Below are positions 20,120-30,271 of a stretch of DNA of 64,000 nucleotides, piece by piece. Each line of letters starts with the position of its first letter. Position 1 is the first letter of the stretch. The translations under genes and the position numbers were made by a program. This DNA is from Thermoanaerobaculia bacterium (GTDB lineage: Bacteria > Acidobacteriota > Thermoanaerobaculia > Multivoradales > Multivoraceae): the NCBI GenBank assembly GCA_963664405.1, contig OY761158.1, positions 5,952,001 to 6,016,000 of the forward strand. Reading direction: 5' to 3'. The notes under the pieces were generated by a model that was not told the origin of the DNA, did not search any database, and was given only the letters and a program-made list of their open reading frames with translations.

Positions 20120-21379
20120 ATGAAGACCGCCAACCCGCGCCCCATCGTCAGTCTCATCCGATCCCACTCAGGCTTCGCGGTAGGGGCTGTATCCCTGCTC
20201 GTCTTTCTCCTCGCCTCGGTACCGCTTCACGCCCAAGAGTCCACCCTGGCGGGCACGGTGATGAATGAGGGTGGGAAGGCTCTGAAGGAAGCCGAGATCA
20301 CTCTCGCCAATGACGAAGATTCCGCGATCGTTCTCACTACAGTCAGCGACAAGAAGGGCGCATTCAAGCTCAAGATCGCCGCTCCCGGAACCTACACGCT
20401 GACCATCGCGAGGAAGGGCTACGGCCCCTACACCACCAGCTTGGAGGTCGAGCCTTCGATGGACTACACCACCGAAGGCATCAAGCTCTACGACGAGAAG
20501 GTGTGGCAGGAGAAACGTGCGGTCGATGCCTACAACGAAGGCGTCGAGGCCCTTAGCGCGGGGGATATGGACGAGGCCGAGGAAAGATTCAAGGAAGCGT
20601 TGACGTTGAACCCCGAGCTGGTCCAGGTCCATGCTGGCCTAGCGGCGTCCTACGCCCACCAGGAGCGTTGGGAGGATGCCGCTGCTTCACTCGATATATT
20701 CCTCGCTGCTCTTCCAGACCACGCCCCGATCTATTCGTTGGCCTTTGATGCGTATCGCAAGACCGGTCAGGACGAGAAGGCCGCAGAGGTCCTCAGCAAG
20801 GTAACGGACGAGAACGAGCTCGCCCAGATGGCGGTGCCCATTTACAACGAGGCGGTGACAATGAGCAAGGCGGGTGACCCGGAGGGGGCGTTTGCCGGCT
20901 TCCAGAAGGCCTCGGAGATCGCTCCCCATCTCCCGGAGCCCTACCGCGGCATGGCCGCGATCAGGTTCAATGAGGAGAACTTCGCTGAGGCTCTGGTGCA
21001 TGCCGAAGAGTTGCTGAAGAGAGACCCCGAGTCTCTCGAGGGCCTACGCATGCAGTTCTATGCGACTCGAGCAGTGGATGGTGAAGGCTTCGCCGACGCG
21101 CTGGCCGCCTACCTGGGCGCGGCGCCGGCTGCCGAAGAAGACATCGTTCGCCAAGCCGCGGATGAGTTCGAAGCGGGGCATAGCGATATTGCCCGCAAGA
21201 CTTTTGAAGCGATCTTGGATTTCAATCCCGAGGCTGCGGAGGCGCATTTCAGGCTGGGGATGGTCCTGGCCTCGGACGGCGACAGCGCCGGGGCGAAGGC
21301 CCACTTGCAGCAGTTTCTGGACATGGCTCCAGACCACAAGGAAGCCTCGACAGCCCGCGCAATGCTCGAAGGGCTCTAG
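20120..21379 (+). CDS. TPR protein with carboxypeptidase regulatory-like N-terminal domain
   Basis: Signal peptide, GTV..EGGKAL..AEI..PGTYTLTI domain, multiple TPR-like helices. Confidence 0.8.
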   Translation: MKTANPRPIVSLIRSHSGFAVGAVSLLVFLLASVPLHAQESTLAGTVMNEGGKALKEAEITLANDEDSAIVLTTVSDKKGAFKLKIAAPGTYTLTIARKGYGPYTTSLEVEPSMDYTTEGIKLYDEKVWQEKRAVDAYNEGVEALSAGDMDEAEERFKEALTLNPELVQVHAGLAASYAHQERWEDAAASLDIFLAALPDHAPIYSLAFDAYRKTGQDEKAAEVLSKVTDENELAQMAVPIYNEAVTMSKAGDPEGAFAGFQKASEIAPHLPEPYRGMAAIRFNEENFAEALVHAEELLKRDPESLEGLRMQFYATRAVDGEGFADALAAYLGAAPAAEEDIVRQAADEFEAGHSDIARKTFEAILDFNPEAAEAHFRLGMVLASDGDSAGAKAHLQQFLDMAPDHKEASTARAMLEGL

Positions 21380-22737
21380 ATCGCGGCGACAGCCGGGGTC
21401 AGCAGAGAGTCGAGGCCGTTCAAGGTCTCGGTCACAGAAGCTCTGAGGAGCAGCTCCTCGGCGGCTTCCGAACCGATCACCGGCGTCGCGAGTGACAGGA
21501 ACTTCTGCTCCAGACGCTTGCGCTGGAGGCGAAGATCCGGCGCGGCCTCGCCGACATCGACACAGGCGGAGTACTCACTTCCGTCGAGGGTGCTGAGCAC
21601 GATCGGGGTCGCGGTAGGAGAGGTTCCGGGTTGAGGACAGACTCGAACTCGGTCGCGCATCGCAACCAGCTCGTGACTGCGCATGCGCTCGTCGGAGTAG
21701 GAAGAAAGGTCTGCCGTATCGTCGCCGAGCAGCGCCATGGCTGTGGTGGCGCGCAGAGAGAACTTTCCCTCCAAGCCGGTGTCCGGGCTCTCGATATTGC
21801 ACACATCGAGTGAGGAAGGAGGAACCTCGATCGCAACTTCAGCAATGTTCTCGGGGTGGATCTTGGCGCCGCGGCGGATCTCGCCGGCCCCCTCGATCGC
21901 CGAGTGGGTGAGGTAGCAGGCGGCGTGGTACTTGAAGAGAGTGTCGCGGATGCAGAAGCGATCGGCGAGTCCCTCGATCCTAGCCGGGCTCGGATCACCT
22001 CCGTGGCAGGTGTGAGCGAAGCCCTGGCGAGCCTCGACAATGTTGCGGTTCGCGGTGAATCCCCCGGCGGCGAGCCTCGCAGCCAGTAGGCCGTCGTGAG
22101 CGGCCTTACCGGCGTGGAAAGGCTTGGCCATAGTGCCGAATCCTGATTTGAGGCCCGCTCCCTGAGTGCCGGCAAGGCCGAGGGCGCAAAGCCAGCGCTC
22201 TTCGTCGAGACCGAGTAGGTGGGCGCCCGCGGCGGCGGCGCCGAAGGTTCCGAGAGTACCGGTGGCGTGGAAGCCTGCGAGGTAGTGGGCGGGGTTCATG
22301 ATCGCTCCCAGCCGACACTCGAGCTCGATGCCCGCAACGACCGCAGCCAGGAATGCGCGCCCAGAGGCACCGGAGGCCTCCGCCTCCGCGAGAGCCGCGG
22401 GGATCACCGGGGCCGAAGGGTGCCCGCTCATCGTGGTGTGGGTATCGTCGAAATCGAGGGCGTGAGAAGTGGCGCCGTTCACCAGCGCAGCCAGCAGGGC
22501 CGAAGTGCGGCGAGGCGCGGCGAGGAGCAGCGTCGACTCTCCGTCGACTTCTGTCTTCGGCAGGAGCTGGCGCCGCAGAATCTCGGCCAGTGGCTCGGTC
22601 GAGCCCGCCAAGGTGACGCCGAGCCAGTCGAGGAGGCAGTGCTTCGCGACTTCTACGATGTCGTCGGGAAGGTCGTCGAAGACGATCGCTCTGGCATGGC
22701 TGGCGAGGAGGCGTGTAGTCGAGACCGTTTCGTTCAT
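21376..22737 (-). CDS. MmgE/PrpD family protein
   Basis: HALDFDDTH, GHPSAPV, GFHATG and KPFHAG motifs. Confidence 0.9.
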   Translation of the reverse strand: MNETVSTTRLLASHARAIVFDDLPDDIVEVAKHCLLDWLGVTLAGSTEPLAEILRRQLLPKTEVDGESTLLLAAPRRTSALLAALVNGATSHALDFDDTHTTMSGHPSAPVIPAALAEAEASGASGRAFLAAVVAGIELECRLGAIMNPAHYLAGFHATGTLGTFGAAAAGAHLLGLDEERWLCALGLAGTQGAGLKSGFGTMAKPFHAGKAAHDGLLAARLAAGGFTANRNIVEARQGFAHTCHGGDPSPARIEGLADRFCIRDTLFKYHAACYLTHSAIEGAGEIRRGAKIHPENIAEVAIEVPPSSLDVCNIESPDTGLEGKFSLRATTAMALLGDDTADLSSYSDERMRSHELVAMRDRVRVCPQPGTSPTATPIVLSTLDGSEYSACVDVGEAAPDLRLQRKRLEQKFLSLATPVIGSEAAEELLLRASVTETLNGLDSLLTPAVAAI

Positions 22738-22861
22738 CCGACCCTCCCAGGTTGGCGCCCTCGACTCTAGCAGTTGCCCGAGACGGGTCCATGTCGAGGC
22801 GCGGTGGCCTCCACATGGCGAGATATGCTGCGCCTGCAGCGATGGTCATGAAGGAAGGCGG

Positions 22862-24010
22862 ATGAGCGAAGAACGATGGGCCACTTCGTTGGTGTGCTCG
22901 GCAACTGGCGTCGAGGAGACCCTCGATGAGCCGACCTTTCTCTCACCGGCAGGGAAGCCGTGGCTTGTTCGCTACGATCTCGATGAGGCAAAAGGTGCCT
23001 TCCTCAGAGAGCGTCTTCACGACAGGCCCTGGACCCTGTGGCGATATTCGGAATTACTGCCATTGGCGGCGCCGCAGGATCGCATCGATCTCGGAGAGGG
23101 AGGGACTCCGCTGATTCGTCTTCGCCGCACCGGGCCGGCGGGTGTGGAGACGTTGGTCAAGGAGGAAGGGGGAAACCCGAGTGGGTCTTTCAAAGATCGT
23201 GGGCTGTCGCTGGCGGTGAATCGGGCGAGAGAGCTCGGTGCCCCCGGGGTCCAGCTGCCCAGTGCCGGCAATGCCGCTCTGGCGCTCTCGACTTTCGCCG
23301 CGGCTGCGGGGTTGCCTGCGCGCGTAGCCCTGCCGGAAGATACGCCTCGCACGATCTTCGAGCGTTGCCGCCTGTTGGGCGCCGAGGTGATCTCATCGCC
23401 CGGCACGTTGGTCGAGGCAGGGGCGCTCCTGGCCGAGCGTGAAGACGGATTCTGGACCCTCTCCACTCTCAAGGAGCCCTACCGCGTCGAGGGCAAGAAG
23501 ACGATGGGGCTGGAGCTCGCCGAGCAGCTGAATTGGAAGCTCCCCGACTGGATCTTCTATCCGACCGGAGGCGGCACGGGCATCGTCGGGATGCATAAGG
23601 CCTTCGACGAGCTGGAGGAGCTGGGATTGATCTCCGGGCGACGTCCTCGCTTTGCGGTAGTTCAAATGTCGGGTTGCGCCCCCTTGGTGCGCGCCTTCGA
23701 AAACGGTGCCGAGGAAGCGGCGCCTTGGTCCGAGCCCAGAACTCGAGTGTGGGGTCTGCGAGTGCCGCAGGCAATCGGCGATTTCCTCATTCTGCGCGCA
23801 CTTCGCGAGACACGCGGGGCCGCAGTGGCGGTGGAGGAGAGCGAGATTGACGCCATGACCGCCCGCCTCGGCCGAGAAGAGGGGCTCAGAGTGGGGCCGG
23901 AGGGTGCGGCCTGTTTCCTCGCTCTCGAGCGTCTGGCGGCAGCGGGTCGCATCGAGCCCGGCCAGCGGGTCGTGGTGTTCCAGACCGGGCATCCCGACAA
24001 CTATCGATGA
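22862..24010 (+). CDS. Threonine synthase-like PLP enzyme
   Basis: LGEGGTPL, NPSGSFKDRG, SAGNA, YRVEGKKT and YPTGGGTG motifs. Confidence 0.85.
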   Translation: MSEERWATSLVCSATGVEETLDEPTFLSPAGKPWLVRYDLDEAKGAFLRERLHDRPWTLWRYSELLPLAAPQDRIDLGEGGTPLIRLRRTGPAGVETLVKEEGGNPSGSFKDRGLSLAVNRARELGAPGVQLPSAGNAALALSTFAAAAGLPARVALPEDTPRTIFERCRLLGAEVISSPGTLVEAGALLAEREDGFWTLSTLKEPYRVEGKKTMGLELAEQLNWKLPDWIFYPTGGGTGIVGMHKAFDELEELGLISGRRPRFAVVQMSGCAPLVRAFENGAEEAAPWSEPRTRVWGLRVPQAIGDFLILRALRETRGAAVAVEESEIDAMTARLGREEGLRVGPEGAACFLALERLAAAGRIEPGQRVVVFQTGHPDNYR

Positions 24011-25911
24011 GGTGGTGGAGTCTGCCGGCCCTGGCCGTTCTTCTCGGCTGCGGCCTCGGTCCCTCGCTGCCGGAGCGGCCGAGCTTCGTGGTGGTGGTCG
24101 TCGACGACCTCGGTTGGGCCGACTTGCCAAGCTACGGTCACGAGCTTCACCGCACGCCAAACATCGACAGGCTCGCGAGGGAAGGCGTCCGCTTCACCAA
24201 CGCTTACTCGGCATCCCCGGTGTGCTCGCCCACGCGTGCCAGCCTACTTACCGGGCGACATCCGGCGCGTCTCCATCTCACCCATGCACTGCCGGCCCTG
24301 GGACGACGCATTCTCGCCCGAGAGGCGGGTCCCTCGGGAGTGGTCTCTCGGCCCCTGGTCGAGCCGCGGAGCGCGAACTTCCTCGCCGCAGACGAAGTTA
24401 CGATGGCGGAGCGCCTGAGGGACGCCGGCTACCGTACGGCCTTTTTCGGCAAGTGGCATCTCGGCGCCGGTGATGCCGGGCCCCTGGCTCAGGGGTTCGA
24501 GATTGCTCTCGGCGGGGAGGAGGAGGGGGGGGCGACGAGCTACTTCGATCCCTATGGCCTCTCCCTTCTGCCGGACCGGGTGGAGGGTGAGTACCTCACC
24601 GATCGCATCACCGATGAGGCGGTTGACTTTCTCGAAGAGAAGGGGAGCGAGCCCTTCCTGCTCTACGTGTCGCACTTCGCCGTGCATAGGCCACTGCAGG
24701 CCAAGCCGGAGATGCTTCCCCAGAGCTCATCCCAGAAGGGCGGCAGACCTCCTCTCGCGACGATCTACGCCGCGATGCTGGAGAGCGTCGACGATAGTGT
24801 CGGTCGCGTCCTCTCGAAGCTCGAGGAGCTAGGAGTGCGCGAGAAGACCCTGGTGATCGTGACCTCCGACAACGGCGGGCTCACTCGTAGAGTCGACGAT
24901 GGCATGCCGGTGACAGACAACGGGGCCTTGCGCGGAGGGAAGGCAATGATCTACGAGGGCGGACTTCGGGTCCCCCTGGTCGCGGCTTGGCCCGGTGTCC
25001 TCGCGGAGGGAACCCAGATCGAGCTGCCGGTCTCGAGCGTGGATCTGTGGCCGACGTTGGCTGACGCTGCCGGGCTCGAGCTCGGTGAGGAAGAAGTCGA
25101 CGGCGTGAGTTTTCTCCCTTCTCTCCTCGGCCGCAGGGGGGCAGAAGAGCGCGACCTCTTCTTTTACTACCCCCACTACATTCCGGGCCATCGTCCCAAT
25201 CCCGCCGAGAACAGCTTCTGGAATACGCCGAGCGCGGCGATGCGGTCCGGGGATTGGAAAATGATCCGCTACTTCGGCCGACCTTCCGAGCTCTACGATC
25301 TTGCCGTGGATCCGGGCGAGAGCAGGAATCTTGCGAAGGAGGATCCCGGCCAAGTGGCTTCGATGGAGAAGCGTCTCGACCGTTGGCTCGAAGATGTCGG
25401 TGCGCATCAGCCTCGTTGGAACCACGACTATGATGCAGAGGCGTTCCAGCAAGGCCTCGAGGAGTCGACGCGACAATTGGGTGCCAGCCGAGAATGGGTG
25501 CCGAACGGGGGGTGTCTCAAGCGTGTGGAGGGAGGCTCGCTGCGCCTGTCTTGCGACACCCACCCCTTTCTCGTCGGGCCAGAGATGGTGCTCCCTGGGC
25601 CGCTTCGAGTCAGCCTTCGCCTACGTACGGTCGGCGCCAGGGGACGCGGAAACCTCTGGTTCCGGGCGGCGGGGAAGGGCCGCTTCTCGGGCCAAGGCGT
25701 TTCCCTCAAACTCGACCACGACGGAGAGTGGCATGAGCATGAGCTCGTCGTGCCTTCTACGGCAACGATCTACCAGCTGCGCCTCGACTTTGGACGGCGT
25801 AGCGGGGGCGAGGCAGAGATCGATTGGATTCGCGTCGAGCGCGAAGATAGCGATTCCTCGAGACCCGCCCTGATGTGGGCCTTTGACGACGCGCCGAGTC
25901 CCGCCGCCTGA
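24007..25911 (+). CDS. Cys-type sulfatase with C-terminal extra domain
   Basis: DDLGW, canonical CSPTRASLLTG, GKWHLG and SDNGG motifs. Confidence 0.92.
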   Translation: MRWWSLPALAVLLGCGLGPSLPERPSFVVVVVDDLGWADLPSYGHELHRTPNIDRLAREGVRFTNAYSASPVCSPTRASLLTGRHPARLHLTHALPALGRRILAREAGPSGVVSRPLVEPRSANFLAADEVTMAERLRDAGYRTAFFGKWHLGAGDAGPLAQGFEIALGGEEEGGATSYFDPYGLSLLPDRVEGEYLTDRITDEAVDFLEEKGSEPFLLYVSHFAVHRPLQAKPEMLPQSSSQKGGRPPLATIYAAMLESVDDSVGRVLSKLEELGVREKTLVIVTSDNGGLTRRVDDGMPVTDNGALRGGKAMIYEGGLRVPLVAAWPGVLAEGTQIELPVSSVDLWPTLADAAGLELGEEEVDGVSFLPSLLGRRGAEERDLFFYYPHYIPGHRPNPAENSFWNTPSAAMRSGDWKMIRYFGRPSELYDLAVDPGESRNLAKEDPGQVASMEKRLDRWLEDVGAHQPRWNHDYDAEAFQQGLEESTRQLGASREWVPNGGCLKRVEGGSLRLSCDTHPFLVGPEMVLPGPLRVSLRLRTVGARGRGNLWFRAAGKGRFSGQGVSLKLDHDGEWHEHELVVPSTATIYQLRLDFGRRSGGEAEIDWIRVEREDSDSSRPALMWAFDDAPSPAA

Positions 25912-25934
25912 CGCCAAAGTACGCGTCCCCTCGT

Positions 25935-27788
25935 CTACGCTTTCACCGTGCGCTGTTCAGCGAGATTGAAGGTCTGGTGCCAGTGCGAGTCGCCACCGTC
26001 TCCCTTACGATCGACCACGACCTCCACCAGGTAGGGCTCTCCCGCGCGAGTGGCATCGATGCCACGCCTGAGCTCTTTGCGGAGGTCGGCGCTGTGCTCG
26101 ACGCGAGATCCGTTGACACCCTGGCTCTTCGCCAACATCGGGAAGTCGATGTTCGGATTGCCGAGGTCCATGCCTGTGAAGCGGTTCTCTTCGGCCATCT
26201 TGCCCTTGTAGCGAGCGTAGGCGAGGCGCACTGTCTGGTAGTTGTGATTGTTGCAGACGACAGTGAGCACGGGGACGTGGTAGCGCGCCTGGGTCCAGAA
26301 TCCCGAGGCGCTGTACATCGTCGCGCCGTCGCCAATGCTACATACCACCTGGCGGTCCGGGGCAGCGAGCTTGGCCCCGGTGGCAGCGCCGATGCCCCAA
26401 CCGAGGCCCGCTCCAGAGGTACCGACCCATAGCTTCTCGTTGTCCCGGAAGCCGGTCGAGAGAAATTGAGACGAGCCACTGAGGTTCTCGCTTACGACGA
26501 CGGCGTTCTTGTCGAGCTCCTGCTCGAGAGCCCAGCCCAACTCGTCGGGGTGGATCGGCAACAGGCCCTTGTTCGCCGGATCGAGCTCGCGAACCCGGGC
26601 CGCCGGCGGGCGTCCGGCGGCAATCTTCGCCAGCCGATCGCGAGTTGCCATCGACTCGAGAGTGTCGACGAGGGCTCGTAGCGTCAGCTTGACGTTGGCC
26701 ACGATCGCCGCGTCGAAGGGTCGGTCATTCCCCATGGCGTCGGCGTTGAGGCCGATCCACATCACCTTGGTGCCCGCGGCATCGGCCGCCGCGGCCCTGG
26801 TTCCTCCGACGTCGGAGACGCCGACTCTGAGTACCAGGTCTTTGCCGCCGGTGGCGTAGCCGCCGGCGTAGAGAGGGTGCTGGCGAGGAAAGTTGTGGAA
26901 AGGCTTAGCAGCGTCGCCGATTGGAATATTGAGGAGCTCAGCCAGCTCCAAGAGCTCCTGCTGCCCGCCGTTCTTCGAGACTCCGTCGCCGGCGTGAATC
27001 ATCGGGTTGGAGGCGGCGAGGAGGGCCTCGGCGATTCTCTCGACGTCATGCTGGCGTGGTGGGATGAGATTGGGAATCAAGAAGGTGTTGCGGTCGTAGA
27101 CGCTGGCGGTGACGTTCTTGGTCTCCAGGGCGTGGTTGGCGAGGGCGAGGTAGACAGGGCCGCCAGGGGCGGTCGTCGACACCTTGAACGCGCGTCGGAG
27201 CATGGTCGGAATCGACTCTGCGTCTCGCGTCTCCCAAGAAATCTTGGTGAACTGGCGGTTCACGTCTTTCTGGTCGAAACCGGGGCGAGGCGCGAGCACC
27301 AGGTTGTCGTCTCCTCGCTCGTTATCGATCAGGCCGGCGGTGACGACCAGCGCAGAGCCGTCTCTACTCGAGTTGTAGAGCTGTCCCGCCGACTGCGCGG
27401 TCCCCGCGATGACGTGCACGTTGACGAAGGCGGGGTCCCCCGAAACCTTGTGGTAGCCGTCCGCCATCGAGATGACGATCCCCTCGTGCAGACCCATGAT
27501 GAGCTGCATGCCGGGTTGGTCGAGAAAAGAGTCGAAGAAGCCGACTTCGAAAGAACCGGGATTGGTGAACAGATAACGCACTCCTGCCGCCTTCATCTGC
27601 TCCACCATGAGGTCGCCGCCGGTGCCGGTCACGTCTCTCCCCGGGGTCGATCCAGAGGCGTCGGTGGCCTCCGCGGCGTGCACGACATTCTGGATTCCGG
27701 CGCTGCTGACACCGAGTGCTGCGAGAGCTTGCACGAAGCCCCGTCGAGACAGATTGTTCTCGAGAAATTGATGGACGAGGACTTTCAT
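25935..27788 (-). CDS. Thiamine diphosphate-dependent enzyme (benzoylformate decarboxylase-like) with Tat-like leader
   Basis: FTNPGSFE, LHEG..MADGY and GDGATMY..NN ThDP motif; N-terminal SRRGFV. Confidence 0.85.
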   Translation of the reverse strand: MKVLVHQFLENNLSRRGFVQALAALGVSSAGIQNVVHAAEATDASGSTPGRDVTGTGGDLMVEQMKAAGVRYLFTNPGSFEVGFFDSFLDQPGMQLIMGLHEGIVISMADGYHKVSGDPAFVNVHVIAGTAQSAGQLYNSSRDGSALVVTAGLIDNERGDDNLVLAPRPGFDQKDVNRQFTKISWETRDAESIPTMLRRAFKVSTTAPGGPVYLALANHALETKNVTASVYDRNTFLIPNLIPPRQHDVERIAEALLAASNPMIHAGDGVSKNGGQQELLELAELLNIPIGDAAKPFHNFPRQHPLYAGGYATGGKDLVLRVGVSDVGGTRAAAADAAGTKVMWIGLNADAMGNDRPFDAAIVANVKLTLRALVDTLESMATRDRLAKIAAGRPPAARVRELDPANKGLLPIHPDELGWALEQELDKNAVVVSENLSGSSQFLSTGFRDNEKLWVGTSGAGLGWGIGAATGAKLAAPDRQVVCSIGDGATMYSASGFWTQARYHVPVLTVVCNNHNYQTVRLAYARYKGKMAEENRFTGMDLGNPNIDFPMLAKSQGVNGSRVEHSADLRKELRRGIDATRAGEPYLVEVVVDRKGDGGDSHWHQTFNLAEQRTVKA

Positions 27789-27866
27789 GGCCTACCTCCG
27801 AGTTTGTGAGCTATCTGGGTATTGAGAGTGTAGCAGTCCACTCCTGAGCCCTTGGGCTGCCCTGAG

Positions 27867-28715
27867 CTACCGCGGCAGGCGTAGAGATACACCAACACCG
27901 ACGAACCAGTCGTCGGCGGCATCGGAGAGCCCGAAGCCGCCGAAGAAGTCGAGCTGCAGGTTGGGCCGGATCAACCAGGTCGTGCCTCCATCGAAGGAGT
28001 GGGCGGGCGGTCCCGATGCGCTCAGAGCGACATCGCCGAAGAGCTCGACGAAGGCTCCCCACTGCTCGGAGAGAGAGAAGCCGGCGGCGACGGTATAGAA
28101 GCCGTTCGACAGTGTGTCTGTATCGCCGCCCTCAGTGGTCGAGCTCCAGGCGGCCCCGATGTTGTAGCCCAGGCTGACGCGCTCCGACAGAGTGTGGGCG
28201 AAGGCTAGGCGGAAAGAGGGATCAAAACGGTCCGAGGTGAATTCGTCGTCACCGGAAGGGACCGTTGTTCCTACCAGGATCGCCATCTCAGGGACTCGAC
28301 CGGACTCCTCTCGTAGCTGCAGCTTGGCTCCGATGTCTGCATCGCCGACGCCGGAGGCGTTGACGCTGCTGCCCTGGAAGCTCACTTGGTGGTCGATGTA
28401 GCCGACCCAGCCGAGGCGCAGCTCGAGTCGCTCGGCGAGGCCGATGCGGACGAGAGTGCCGGGGCCCGCGAAGACCTGCGTCTCGAGGCCCTCGCTGTCT
28501 TCCTCGGCAAAGCCTACACCGGTCTCGATTTGGACCCACCCGCGCGGTACCGTGGCGGTGGACTCGGTCTGATCGGGCCGATCGGTGATGAGCTCCGGGT
28601 CCTGCGCCGCTGCCGGCGAGAGCAGAGCGAGCGTGAGGCCGATAGCGGTAGCGGTGTGCAGGCAAGCAAGATGGCCATGGCTCCTGGCATTGCGTTGACC
28701 TAGTGTTTTCGACAT
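27867..28715 (-). CDS. Outer-membrane beta-barrel protein (MetA-pathway/transporter-like)
   Basis: Signal peptide, ITDRPDQTES motif, amphipathic beta-strands. Confidence 0.7.
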   Translation of the reverse strand: MSKTLGQRNARSHGHLACLHTATAIGLTLALLSPAAAQDPELITDRPDQTESTATVPRGWVQIETGVGFAEEDSEGLETQVFAGPGTLVRIGLAERLELRLGWVGYIDHQVSFQGSSVNASGVGDADIGAKLQLREESGRVPEMAILVGTTVPSGDDEFTSDRFDPSFRLAFAHTLSERVSLGYNIGAAWSSTTEGGDTDTLSNGFYTVAAGFSLSEQWGAFVELFGDVALSASGPPAHSFDGGTTWLIRPNLQLDFFGGFGLSDAADDWFVGVGVSLRLPR

Positions 28716-28824
28716 AACGAAAAAGATATCACGACTCTACGAAATGGACGATTTGACCATGGCCGCCTCCTGCGGTGTCGATCGCCGACTCGACCCCAAC
28801 GACCACTCGCTACGCCGAAGTGAG

Positions 28825-30237
28825 TTACAAGTAGCCCGTGGCGCGAAGACGATCCTGGGCTTCGAGGCTTCGGCGCAAGCTCTCGTCGGCGTCGTCACCT
28901 TCGAGCTCTTCGGTCCAGGCTTGGAGCTCCCGGACCAGTTCGCGCTGCTGTCGATTCATCTCGCTGCTCGGGATCTCTTCCGCGGGGTCCGATTCGAGGT
29001 CGTAGACCAGGATCTCGCGGGTGTCGAGTCGGTATTGGGCCTTGTGCTGCTCCCGTACGGCGCTGCGCCAGAGGCCCTGAATGCTGAAGGCGGCTCCTCG
29101 GTGGGGTGGCCCAGGCGACAGAAGAGAGCTGAGCGCCCCGAAGAATCCCTTGTCGATGAAGGGGCGTAGGGATCGGCCCTTGAGTCCATCCGGTGGTGCG
29201 ATTCCGAGGTAGTCGAGCACAGTCGGGGCAATGTCGAGGTTCTGGACCGCCTGGGCCACTGCACCGCTCGCGTCTCCCGCTCTGATAATTAGAGGAGTGT
29301 GGACGGTCGTGTCGAAGGTGTTCTCGCAGTGTTTCATCGCTCCGTGCTCGAGGAATTCCTCGCCGTGATCGGACGCGATGATCACCAAAGTGCGGTCGAG
29401 AAGACCGCGCTCCTCGACATCGGCCAGCAGGGTGCCGAGCTCACGGTCGAGATAGGCGATCTCGTCGTCGTAGAGGTCGGAAAGGTGTCGGAGCTCGGCA
29501 CGGTCCGGGGGTGTTGCGCCATCCCGGAGCGACTTCGTCCATGCAGTAGGGTCGCCTCGTTGGACCACCTCGGGAAGCGAGGGCGCTGGGCGGGCAAAGA
29601 GACGGGGCGCGTTAGCCGGTGGCTGATAGGGGCCATGCGGATCCATGTAGTGGGCGTAGGCGAAGAAGGGCTCCTCGAGTTCACCGAGAGCGGCCAGAAG
29701 CTGCCGGTTCACACAGCTCGCATCTTGCCAGAGGCATCGCTCATTGAAGTTGTCAAAACCGCGATCGAAGCCGCCTGAGCGGTTGTAGCGGGTGGGGGTC
29801 TGGCGAACGATGGGGCTGGCAGATGCGGCAAAGGTGGTCAAGCCGTGATCTCGAAGTATCTCGGCGAGGGTTGGAAGGCGATCCGGTATGCCCAGCTCCC
29901 CGGTCTCCTGTTCGAGGAAGAGCTGCGGATAGCGGGAGGTGAAGAGCGAGTTGATCGACGGAAAGGTGCAGGAAGCCTGTGCGCGTGCGTTGGCGAAGCG
30001 GGTACCCGCCGCGGCGAAGGCGTCGAGATTCGGGGTCGTGCCGCGGCCGTAGCCATAGCTACCCAGACGATCGGCTCGTAGCGTGTCGACGACGATTAGA
30101 ATGACATTTCGCGGCCCCGCCAGCATGAGGCGGAGGGTCGAGGCCACGATCAGAGCGACCACGACCGCGGCCAGCAGAGGGCCGGCCGCCGGTAATAGCG
30201 AGCGAGAGGAGACTCGCGGTGTCTCGCGAGCTGGCAA
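28825..30237 (-). CDS. Sulfatase-like hydrolase/transferase (Thr-type), membrane anchored
   Basis: VDTLRADRLG, CTFPSINSLFTS, HYMDPHGPY and SDHGEEF motifs. Start uncertain (TTG at 30237). Confidence 0.82.
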   Translation of the reverse strand: MPARETPRVSSRSLLPAAGPLLAAVVVALIVASTLRLMLAGPRNVILIVVDTLRADRLGSYGYGRGTTPNLDAFAAAGTRFANARAQASCTFPSINSLFTSRYPQLFLEQETGELGIPDRLPTLAEILRDHGLTTFAASASPIVRQTPTRYNRSGGFDRGFDNFNERCLWQDASCVNRQLLAALGELEEPFFAYAHYMDPHGPYQPPANAPRLFARPAPSLPEVVQRGDPTAWTKSLRDGATPPDRAELRHLSDLYDDEIAYLDRELGTLLADVEERGLLDRTLVIIASDHGEEFLEHGAMKHCENTFDTTVHTPLIIRAGDASGAVAQAVQNLDIAPTVLDYLGIAPPDGLKGRSLRPFIDKGFFGALSSLLSPGPPHRGAAFSIQGLWRSAVREQHKAQYRLDTREILVYDLESDPAEEIPSSEMNRQQRELVRELQAWTEELEGDDADESLRRSLEAQDRLRATGYL

Positions 30238-30271
30238 TCGCTTTCGATCCGTAGTAAACAACTGAGGTGGA

